This document shows, piece after piece, positions 20,378 to 27,995 of a stretch of DNA of 64,000 nt. The position numbers and the translations under genes were made by a program. The stretch's first letter is position 1. Each line of letters opens with the position of its first letter. Origin of the DNA: a virus. Lineage: Duplodnaviria > Caudoviricetes. The stretch lies in IMG/VR virus record IMGVR_UViG_3300037140_000081, positions 477 through 64,476 of that record; one strand, 5' to 3'. The notes beneath the pieces are model-generated. The model saw nothing but the letters and a program-made list of their open reading frames with translations, was not told the origin of the DNA and searched no databases.

Positions 20378-20518
20378 TCATCGTAAGAGCATCACGATCA
20401 GCACGATCACCAGGATGAAGCCAATCCCGCCGCCCATATAGCCCACGGTGTTGCCGGCGTACCACCCACCCCCTCCGAACAAGAGGATCAGGATCAGGAT
20501 CAACAGAATTAAGCCCAT
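20378..20518 (-). CDS. Small two-TM protein, DUF3309-like
   Basis: Hand translation MGLILLILILLFGGGGWYAGNTVGYMGGGIGFILVIVLIVMLLR (approximate); AAGGA SD; below the ORF-track cutoff. Confidence 0.65.
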   Translation of the reverse strand: MGLILLILILILLFGGGGWYAGNTVGYMGGGIGFILVIVLIVMLLR

Positions 20519-20769
20519 CGTGTTATCCTTTCTTTCCGCGCGATTGCGCCATCAGTTTCCGCTTGAAGTCCAACCGGTCTACCTTGCGACCGTTCAGTAG
20601 TCGCATCTGGCGCCGGCGACGCTTGGCAGTTGCAGTCACGGTCATTTCGGTTCCTTAAAGTGGTGGCCGATGAAGTACGAAAGAGAGTAGCCAGCGACAA
20701 ACGCGGTAAACGCGGCAATGTGCCAACCAATCAGCTCCAAAGCGGTTCCATTACCAAATAGAAAGTGCT

Positions 20770-21156
20770 TCACTCTTTGTCCTCTGGTTTAGCTGCTTCA
20801 AGAACTTGCGCCGCGACTTTAGCCGCACGAACTACCACACTTTCCGCCGTGGCTTGCGCTAGTTGAACTTGCCCCACATTTACCGGGTGTGCCACCAGCT
20901 CCAGCGCTTCGAGCCGTGCCATTTCAATTCTGAGCACCGCCAACTTACGGAGGCGCCGGCCTTGTTTCCAATTCTGATATGTCTTGCTTTCATAAATTTG
21001 AATGCCATACCAGAGCAACGCAACCACCGCAGCAACCCCCGGAAACCATCCAACGATAGAACCGACAAGGGCCGCACCGGATAAAGAATGGCCTATCCAG
21101 CTAATAATCCCTTGGCCATCTTCCACTTCGCTACCCCGTGCTGCTACAAATGGCAT
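20770..21156 (-). CDS. Membrane protein, holin-like
   Basis: Hydrophobic 'AALVGSIVGWFPGVAAVVALLWYGIQIY' followed by a basic stretch. Confidence 0.5.
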   Translation of the reverse strand: MPFVAARGSEVEDGQGIISWIGHSLSGAALVGSIVGWFPGVAAVVALLWYGIQIYESKTYQNWKQGRRLRKLAVLRIEMARLEALELVAHPVNVGQVQLAQATAESVVVRAAKVAAQVLEAAKPEDKE

Positions 21157-21204
21157 AAGTGCCTCGTGTCTGCTTTATATTAATTAAAGAGGAACCATGA
21201 ATAA

Positions 21205-21576
21205 TTAGTGTATTTTGTCATCTTCCCAAGGGCACTGGACCACCAATTCCATGTGCTTTTTCAGCATATTCCGGTGTTTCCCCGCTAGGTCCGTCAGCTC
21301 TTTTATGGCACTTTCTAGCTTCTCTGGCACCTGGGCACCGGTTTTAATGAGGTTTTGGATCGAGATCAGGGTCTGGAGCCGGCCGGCCGCGGAGTGCAGC
21401 GCAAACGCCGAGGACATGCCATCGAGAAACGGCTGCCGCTCCAGATGCCTGTCATAGCTATCAAGAGTGGACAAGACCGCCTGGGCTTGCAGCTGCCCTA
21501 TAGTCGTTATGTTCACCGGCACCTGGAGTGCTTCGATGATCATCATTTCATTTAGCAGAGGCGTGGGCATGGGCAA
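21205..21576 (-). CDS. Hypothetical protein
   Basis: 123-aa helical ORF overlapping the regulator's 3' end. Confidence 0.55.
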   Translation of the reverse strand: MPMPTPLLNEMMIIEALQVPVNITTIGQLQAQAVLSTLDSYDRHLERQPFLDGMSSAFALHSAAGRLQTLISIQNLIKTGAQVPEKLESAIKELTDLAGKHRNMLKKHMELVVQCPWEDDKIH

Positions 21577-22171
21577 TATCCAATGGCATGTTTTTTAATT
21601 CGTCGGGGTGGTTCTTGCCAGAAATATACAGCTCCAGCATGTTCAGCATGTGCTGACGCTGGGCCGGCTCCATGTAGTAACCCCGCGCCCACAGAGTGTG
21701 GATGGTCAGGTGAAATGGCTTGAGGCGCTTACGCAAGTGGCAGATCACCACGTCCACCATCTTGGGGTCGGTCTCTTCCTTGAGCGAAGATCGCCGGCTC
21801 TCGATCACCTGGTGCATCGTGTCCTTGGTGACCTCGGTGCGATTGATCAACACCGCCAGGAGGGCACCTTGCAACTTTGTCACCTTGAACAGGCGCACGC
21901 AGGAGAACACCAGCTCCTGCTCCAGCACGGAACTATCCTTCACCCAGAGCGGTGCGCGCGTGTCGCGGTGCGCGCCGGGCGGCCAGTCATCCTTTGGGTA
22001 ATAGGCGATGGCCCCGGTGAGCACCGCAGTTCGGACCGCATCGCGCACGGCGTCGGCCGTCTGCCTCATAGCTCGGGCAATTGCCCGGTATGGCACACCT
22101 TCGTCCGCGAGCCGCACACAGAACGGCACGAGGGCCTTTGGAATTTCTTCGGATAGCAATAGGTCAGACAT
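21548..22171 (-). CDS. Transcription regulator with CtrA-like OmpR winged-helix domain and no receiver domain
   Basis: 'DPKMVDVVICHLRKRL...IHTLWARGYYM' resembles the CtrA C-terminus (KIIDVFICKLRKKL...IETVWGRGY); N-terminal HTH-like 'VPYRAIARAM'. Confidence 0.8.
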   Translation of the reverse strand: MSDLLLSEEIPKALVPFCVRLADEGVPYRAIARAMRQTADAVRDAVRTAVLTGAIAYYPKDDWPPGAHRDTRAPLWVKDSSVLEQELVFSCVRLFKVTKLQGALLAVLINRTEVTKDTMHQVIESRRSSLKEETDPKMVDVVICHLRKRLKPFHLTIHTLWARGYYMEPAQRQHMLNMLELYISGKNHPDELKNMPLDIAHAHASAK

Positions 22172-22307
22172 GGGGCACCGTTGGTTAAAGAAGCGATGCG
22201 AGTGGACCCGACGGGGCACCCCCTGCGGCGCAACGCGCGAGCGGCTTACATGCACCTATGCCCCGTCGGGCCCGGCCGTACAATAAGGTGCATGTCTTAT
22301 TCATTGG

Positions 22308-22526
22308 TTACTCACGGGGTGTCCCGTCTGCTTTTCGGGTGACAGCGACGTTTGCCCACATGGCGTTAGTCCTGTGGTTCCGCAGCACGAATGACTTGTC
22401 TGGGCCATCCACCAGGACCTCGTCCAGGGCTTCGGCATAGACAGTTGCCGCGGCGCGCAAGGTCGCCATGTCCTTGGTTTGCTCGGAGGTCGGTTTCAAG
22501 TACTCGAATGTCGAAGCGTGCATCAT
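22308..22526 (-). CDS. Acb2/Tad1-like helical hairpin protein (putative anti-defence sponge)
   Basis: 'FEYLKPTSEQ...R...GPDKSFVLR...AMWANVAVTR' pattern. Confidence 0.5.
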   Translation of the reverse strand: MMHASTFEYLKPTSEQTKDMATLRAAATVYAEALDEVLVDGPDKSFVLRNHRTNAMWANVAVTRKADGTPRE

Positions 22527-22807
22527 GCGGCTTTTCGTTCGGTTTCGACCTGGCACCCGTCCCAGGCAGGAGCATCGGGGCTCCCGCTGAGCGGGGCCGG
22601 GTCGCCCTCAGGCGGAATGGTCTTGGCGACGCGCTCGGCTATGGCCCAGGCGCCGTTCAAGGCAATGAGGTTGTTCTCGGTCGGGGCCATAGCGAAGTCC
22701 GTGATCGCGCGCTCCAGATTGGACGCGAACAGATGAAAGGTGTCCCGCCCCTCGGGGGAGGTTGCCTTAATGGCCGCGGTCCGCAGTTTCAGAACGAGTT
22801 CCATCAT
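22523..22807 (-). CDS. Hypothetical protein
   Basis: 94 aa, ATGA overlap with the next gene. Confidence 0.55.
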   Translation of the reverse strand: MMELVLKLRTAAIKATSPEGRDTFHLFASNLERAITDFAMAPTENNLIALNGAWAIAERVAKTIPPEGDPAPLSGSPDAPAWDGCQVETERKAA

Positions 22808-22927
22808 CCACTCCAGGGCCTGCCGTGGCCTATATTTATCGCTATCGCAGGGCCAATGATCACCACCACGAAGACAATAATTACTAAGAATGTCTGATGC
22901 ATAAAGCCTCTAAGACAAGAAGTCAAT

Positions 22928-23257
22928 CTATTCCAGTATACTCGCGGCCTGGAGGGGCCAAACCGGTGGGGTCTGGATAGATGCCGCCAATTGGTGCAGA
23001 ACGTCATACCAATAGGTGGGGTCGTTGAGCACAATCATGGCCGGGGCGCGGGCACTACTGTACTTCGGCCGTCCGTGGACTTCCCACGTACAGCACAGAA
23101 CCTGATGATCCGATATCGGTGCCGGCTCTATCCAGGCGCGTATCAGCTTGATCCCCTTGGGGAATTCCACTGTAGGCGGCGGGGTAATCTCTAGTGGTGA
23201 CACCGTTTCACCTTCACTTGGGCGGGCCTGGGTGGCGCGCTTTGGTGTCACCTTCAT
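22928..23257 (-). CDS. Hypothetical protein
   Basis: 109 aa, GAGG SD. Confidence 0.5.
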   Translation of the reverse strand: MKVTPKRATQARPSEGETVSPLEITPPPTVEFPKGIKLIRAWIEPAPISDHQVLCCTWEVHGRPKYSSARAPAMIVLNDPTYWYDVLHQLAASIQTPPVWPLQAASILE

Positions 23258-23270
23258 ACCTCGCCAAGTG

Positions 23271-23285
23271 TTAACGAGTAGTTAA
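23271..23285. promoter_or_regulatory. Perfect CtrA box (TTAA-N7-TTAA)
   Basis: TTAA-CGAGTAG-TTAA, 13 nt upstream of the leftward cluster that contains the CtrA-like gene. Confidence 0.7.
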
Positions 23286-23398
23286 AGGTTCGGTTTTTGA
23301 CCCCGAGGTATTTCCGAAGGGGGTATAAATCCAGAACAGGCCTCCCGTCTGTCCAGCGTGGGGGGAGGTGCTAATGCGACGCATTCGCAACTGGCGCG

Positions 23399-23434
23399 CA
23401 AAAAAGGTGCCCGATGCCCTAGTGGCATCGGGCA
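23399..23434 (-). terminator. Rho-independent terminator
   Basis: Perfect 11-bp stem TGCCCGATGCC/GGCATCGGGCA followed on the minus strand by a T run. Confidence 0.8.
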
Positions 23435-23443
23435 GGCGCGTGG

Positions 23444-23626
23444 TTACTTGCGGGTTGCGTTTAGAGAGAGGGACACAAGCCCGGCCGGGGTCACGACCCC
23501 AGTAAAGCCGTGGGTGCTGTCCACAATCTTGGTTTTACCCGAAGCGGACGGAATGGCTGCATCGTAAGCGGCCTTTGAAACGTCCAACGTGATAGTAAGG
23601 ATGTCGCCCTTAACGTCGATTTTCAT
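23444..23626 (-). CDS. Small hypothetical phage protein
   Basis: GAGGAG SD; 'PSASGKTKIVDSTHGF'; has its own terminator. Confidence 0.7.
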   Translation of the reverse strand: MKIDVKGDILTITLDVSKAAYDAAIPSASGKTKIVDSTHGFTGVVTPAGLVSLSLNATRK

Positions 23627-23839
23627 AACCGTTCTCCTCAAAAGGCCGGAAACGGCCGGCCGCCGTACCCATGCCGCATCGGGCAATCGCCGCCACTCTT
23701 ATACCGTGCCACCGTGACACCGTTTCCATATGCCGTGGTGCTAGGCTCAAACCGTGAACATCCAACGCGGTGCCAGGTTGTACCGTTAAATCGCACTCAA
23801 CCGCAAGGTGGTGCGATTTAAAACGCGAATTATAACCCA

Positions 23840-24297
23840 TTGATACCATTACACCTTTTGATGGAACTCGCAAACTCGCTAATTAGCTTTCGATTTTCAG
23901 ACCAAAGCCTACCCATTTCCCCACCACTTACACCCACCATTTTCCCCACCATTTGCGACCGCACAGAGAGCGCGCTGCAAGCTAGTAGTAGGAGAACAAA
24001 ACATAAACAATTATACTTATTCAATAATACCAGTCATTACATCATCCCCATAATGGTGGGGAAAATGGTGGGGAAAATGGTGGGGAAAATGGTGGGCTTT
24101 AGCTGGGGTAGTCAAAAAACCGGAAGCGAATTAGCGAATATGCGAATAGACCAACTAAAGGTAGAAAGGTGTGACGGTGGCACAACCTAACGGATATGCC
24201 AGGTTGTGCTTATTCGCAATTCGCACATCACATTGTGTCAAATGTGTGATATTATCCACCATTATCCCCACCATTATCCACCATTTCCCCACCATTA
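23840..24297. repeat. Long imperfect inverted repeat with 12-bp tandem units (ATGGTGGGGAAA)
   Basis: About 3.7 tandem units at 24053-24096; reverse-complement units at 23912-23952 and 24252-24297. Confidence 0.85.
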
Positions 24298-24342
24298 TAG
24301 AAATTGAAATTTGAGCAGAGCATCAAAACTGATCGTTTCTAG

Positions 24343-24377
24343 TGCTATGATACTAGGCAAAGGTGGCAAGGTGGCAC
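24343..24377 (+). promoter_or_regulatory. Putative early promoter (extended -10 TGCTATGAT) with downstream operator-like palindrome
   Basis: TGnTATGAT at 24343-24351; GTGGCA-AGG-TGGCAC at 24363-24377; precedes the first rightward gene. Confidence 0.45.
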
Positions 24378-24462
24378 CAAACCAGGCACGGCGTTGCCCG
24401 ACGCGGCAGGGGCGTCCCCGAAAAATCGGGGCGCGCCGCGTATGGGCCACAGGAGATACCCG

Positions 24463-24636
24463 ATGAAAACGTACCTCAATCAGATCGTGACCTACTGCTT
24501 CGACCGGTTCGACCTTCACATCACATTAGCCGGCATGAGCGAGGTCAGTCACCCCCAGATCGAGAGCCTTCTGGCCACGTTCTGGTGGAAGGCTGCAATG
24601 GCCTTCGCTGCCGTCCGTGGCAACCGCTTCGCCTAG
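24463..24636 (+). CDS. Early hypothetical protein
   Basis: AGGAG SD plus ATG. Confidence 0.6.
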   Translation: MKTYLNQIVTYCFDRFDLHITLAGMSEVSHPQIESLLATFWWKAAMAFAAVRGNRFA

Positions 24637-24664
24637 TCACCCACTCAGTGCTGAGGAGCATCAA

Positions 24665-25006
24665 ATGATCGGTTCACAGCTTCCACGATACAGCCAGCCA
24701 CGTCCATATGTGGGACCAACTGAGATCAATAATTACCCACATCATCCCTATAAACACCTTCCAGTGGTCAATCTGGCCTCTGATGCCGTTGCCCCACACG
24801 ATCCGTCGATGCTGGAGCTTCTGGGCATTGATCCGCGTGATCTGACCAACCAGTACATCAAGGCCATACGGGACTTCATCAAGGATGGCGCCAACAGCGA
24901 GAGCAGCTATAAGACCTTGCTGGCTGCCACAGGCAGCAAGTGGCTGCTCACCCGTTATGCCCCAACGGTTGCCCCCAGCTTCCTCAAGCCGGCGAGGCCG
25001 CTATGA
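24665..25006 (+). CDS. Early hypothetical protein
   Basis: GAGGAG SD plus ATG. Confidence 0.6.
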   Translation: MIGSQLPRYSQPRPYVGPTEINNYPHHPYKHLPVVNLASDAVAPHDPSMLELLGIDPRDLTNQYIKAIRDFIKDGANSESSYKTLLAATGSKWLLTRYAPTVAPSFLKPARPL

Positions 25007-25206
25007 CAGACCACAACGGGTGGCGCAGCCATCGCAGGCCAGTCAAATTCACCACAGGTGGCCTTATCGCCACCTATTCCCGCAATGAGCTGTCCTCGGC
25101 TGGGCTGCTCACTGACCGCCCATACAATGGACGGTATAACGGTGACACGCTGGATGCCGAGAACAACTACGTTCCTCGCCGGCCAATCGAGGTAACGTAC
25201 TCATGA
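25003..25206 (+). CDS. Early hypothetical protein
   Basis: ATGA-coupled at both ends. Confidence 0.55.
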   Translation: MTDHNGWRSHRRPVKFTTGGLIATYSRNELSSAGLLTDRPYNGRYNGDTLDAENNYVPRRPIEVTYS

Positions 25207-25436
25207 CCTTGAACCAGAAAAACGTCGCGCAGCTCATTAAAGCTCTTGGTAGACAAACCAAGAACATGGGCATTCTGCATGGGGCTGATAGTAGCGCTTA
25301 CCTGAATGACATAGCCATCGTCGGCTACATGCAAGGGCTGGAGTGCCGTATCAAAGAGCTGGAACGGCAATGCAATTCACTGGTGCGCTGGAGCACAACG
25401 GCAGCAATAGCTATTAAGGAAATGAGCAAGTCATGA
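25203..25436 (+). CDS. Early hypothetical protein
   Basis: ATGA-coupled, GAGG SD. Confidence 0.55.
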   Translation: MTLNQKNVAQLIKALGRQTKNMGILHGADSSAYLNDIAIVGYMQGLECRIKELERQCNSLVRWSTTAAIAIKEMSKS

Positions 25437-25612
25437 ACGCCATCCAGGAAGGTGACACGGTGGTACTCACGCTCTCCAACAAGACAATAATGGGTGTTGT
25501 CAAGTGGCTGTCAAAGAATGGCACCAGAGCCACTGTCGAGGTCAAGCGCGGTAACGCTCGCATGACCTATCCCGACTGGGACACTCGCAACCTTCGTGCG
25601 GTGGCGTCATGA
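25433..25612 (+). CDS. Small SH3/KOW-like hypothetical protein
   Basis: Hand translation MNAIQEGDTVVLTLSNKTIMGVVKWL...; ATGA-coupled. Confidence 0.5.
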   Translation: MNAIQEGDTVVLTLSNKTIMGVVKWLSKNGTRATVEVKRGNARMTYPDWDTRNLRAVAS

Positions 25613-25700
25613 CCAATGCCTTCTTTATATTCAAATTGATAGGCATATGCCTATTCCTGTCCATCGCAGTTGGCCTGTTCCTTGGCCCAAGGTTGAAGCC

Positions 25701-25949
25701 ATGAAACGGTTAACAATAGCATTTGTGGTTTTGGTTGTGGCAGGGCCGTTTGGCCATGCAGGCGGACTAACGGGCCGCCACGTTGCAACCGACCACAGGC
25801 ACCAGCTTCGACAAAGTAATGGGGCTGGTGCCACCATTTCACAGCCCACAGGCGACCACATTGAGTGGAATGGCCCGGCCTCTGTGCCGTCGTGGGAGCG
25901 TGGCTGCACCAAGTTTGACGAACATGGGAATTGGAGGGACGTATGTTAG
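25701..25949 (+). CDS. Secreted/membrane hypothetical protein
   Basis: Signal-like 'MKRLTIAFVVLVVAG'. Confidence 0.45.
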   Translation: MKRLTIAFVVLVVAGPFGHAGGLTGRHVATDHRHQLRQSNGAGATISQPTGDHIEWNGPASVPSWERGCTKFDEHGNWRDVC

Positions 25950-26350
25950 ACCTTAGCAGGCCAATCACCACTCGCGCTGGTGCCGCTGTCCGCGTGATAT
26001 GCACGGATAGCCGGGCTAGATCAGGCCCATTGGCTGTGCTATTAACTGATGGTGTCCGAGAGCTGCTTCGGTCATATCCGCTTAATGGTGTAGCTCCAGT
26101 TAGCTACACCGGGGCTCGGCAATCAGCAGGTAGTGCGTGGGACTTAATCAATGCTCGCACCAAGGTGAAACGGTGGCGTGTCACCTACGCTGCGGACCCA
26201 GCACTTCAAAGGGTGCCAGCGCTTTACATGACCAGCGTAGATGCTCTTGCCCATAATGTTGACCCCCTTGGATGCTTGCATCCTGTGGTTAAGGCAATCG
26301 AGCTGGTGGACATTTACGAGGATGAACTGCCATGCGATAGAGGAGCTTGA
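25943..26350 (+). CDS. Hypothetical protein
   Basis: GGAGG SD; 'PITTRAGAAVRVICTD' motif seen in small phage proteins. Confidence 0.55.
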   Translation: MLDLSRPITTRAGAAVRVICTDSRARSGPLAVLLTDGVRELLRSYPLNGVAPVSYTGARQSAGSAWDLINARTKVKRWRVTYAADPALQRVPALYMTSVDALAHNVDPLGCLHPVVKAIELVDIYEDELPCDRGA

Positions 26351-26351
26351 A

Positions 26352-27995
26352 ATGGCCTATCAGATAATCGACGTTGAAACCGGTTTGTTTGTTACTATGG
26401 CTCTAACCGGTGCACCTGCGGCCTATGACACCGGTGCCGAAGCATCAGCAGCAGCCAAGGAATTGGCTACCAGCGGACGCAAGTATCGGGTCAAGCGGGT
26501 CACAGACACGCATTGGCGTGACCGTGAGAGCAACAAGTTTATCAGCGGCAGGTATCAGCCACTTCCGTGGACCACCCATGACTGGTGGAGAGGTACAGCT
26601 GCCCGCGCTATCCATGAAAACCACTACCCACATATCTCGAAGAAAGAGCCGGGCATGATTGCCTATACCGAGAGCATAGAAAAGGGTATGGACAACATTC
26701 GTACCTGGATCAAGCCTGGCCGGTATCTGGAGAAATACTTCTCTGAGATATTACAGGCTTACGGTGTAAACGGTACCAAACTGGCAAAGGAATATGCCAG
26801 CCATTATGAACCCAAAAAGGTGTTCTTTGCCACCACCGAGGACGAAATACAGTCGGTCTATGAGCGTGGCCCATCCAGCTGCATGTCGTCCGCTGCTTAC
26901 CGGCGCGACAATGGCTGGGGGTATCCGAGCAAAGGCTTGTGGCCGGATGATTACCATGCTTGCCGCACCTATGCCGCTGGCGACTTGCAAATTGCGTATC
27001 TGCTTACCGATGACGATAAACCTACGTCCAAGGTTATTGCTCGTTCCGTGGTGTGGCCTGCGCATAAAACCCATTCAAGGTGTTACGGTGACGAGATACG
27101 CCTCAAGACCATGCTGATGCAGCAAGGTTATACGTTTAAGTCACCTGTAGGTGCCAAGTTGCTCCGCAAGCCATTCAAGAAACAATTTATCGTGCCCTAT
27201 ATCGACCAGGGTGATCGTAGTGGCCAGGGTGCGTTAGCGATCAAGGATATGAAAGACCACCTTATGATCGTGCGGCAAGAAACTGGCACTTATCCAGCTA
27301 ATGCTACCAGTGGCCTATCGGGTGGCCGTTACCAGGCTGACGGTTCACAGGACGACGGGTCTGATATCTGCTCTTATTGCGAGAATGAACTCAACACTTT
27401 GCGGGTTTATAGCGGCGGTGCGACAGGCGACTATCGCCACTGGTGCAATGATTGCATTGCTGAGCATGCTTTCATGTGTCAACTGGATAATCGCTATTAT
27501 GATATTGAACGCATGGCTCAGGTTATACTGGCCGACGGCACTGTATGGTCTGATCGTGCGTTCCGGCAGAACGGGTTTGTATGCCCTGGCAATGGCCAGC
27601 GGTATAACGCACGAGTGCGGGTACCAGTTCGCATAGATGATAAGGGAAAATCGACGAACTATTCACAAGATTGGGTGCTTGCAAATACTTTCGTCTGCCA
27701 GTACACCGGCGACAGATATATTTCGAGCCAAAAGGTAGTCATGGCTGACGGAGCGTTCTGGAGCAAACAGGCTGTTCGCCATGCTGGCTTTGAGTGCACC
27801 GCGTGTCACAAGACCCATTCGACTTACAACAAAGCCGACGGTAAGACGATTTGCTTGGACTGCGCTAAGGCTTTGGAGCCGGCCAAACAGGCTAAACGGG
27901 CTAGGAAAACACCCGTTACTGTAACGGATACCGCAGCTGACGAAGCGATTGATATGCTAATAGCTTCACTCTCAAACCCTGAGGAGCACCCGTGA
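26352..27995 (+). CDS. Large early protein with Cys-rich Zn-binding repeats
   Basis: 'KPGRYL', 'YERGPSSCM', 'PYID' and several CxxC pairs; GAGGAG SD. Confidence 0.7.
   Translation: MAYQIIDVETGLFVTMALTGAPAAYDTGAEASAAAKELATSGRKYRVKRVTDTHWRDRESNKFISGRYQPLPWTTHDWWRGTAARAIHENHYPHISKKEPGMIAYTESIEKGMDNIRTWIKPGRYLEKYFSEILQAYGVNGTKLAKEYASHYEPKKVFFATTEDEIQSVYERGPSSCMSSAAYRRDNGWGYPSKGLWPDDYHACRTYAAGDLQIAYLLTDDDKPTSKVIARSVVWPAHKTHSRCYGDEIRLKTMLMQQGYTFKSPVGAKLLRKPFKKQFIVPYIDQGDRSGQGALAIKDMKDHLMIVRQETGTYPANATSGLSGGRYQADGSQDDGSDICSYCENELNTLRVYSGGATGDYRHWCNDCIAEHAFMCQLDNRYYDIERMAQVILADGTVWSDRAFRQNGFVCPGNGQRYNARVRVPVRIDDKGKSTNYSQDWVLANTFVCQYTGDRYISSQKVVMADGAFWSKQAVRHAGFECTACHKTHSTYNKADGKTICLDCAKALEPAKQAKRARKTPVTVTDTAADEAIDMLIASLSNPEEHP

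Noticed and set aside
23830-24190. ORFs containing MVGK repeats
   Set aside because: Translations of the 12-bp repeat on either strand; no RBS; the region looks non-coding.
24052-24297. CRISPR array
   Set aside because: 12-bp head-to-tail units without unique spacers. The Cas4-like gene is a typical stand-alone phage exonuclease.
23706-24377. Sigma-54 promoters (TGGCAC)
   Set aside because: No TTGC -12 element at the required spacing in the copies checked.
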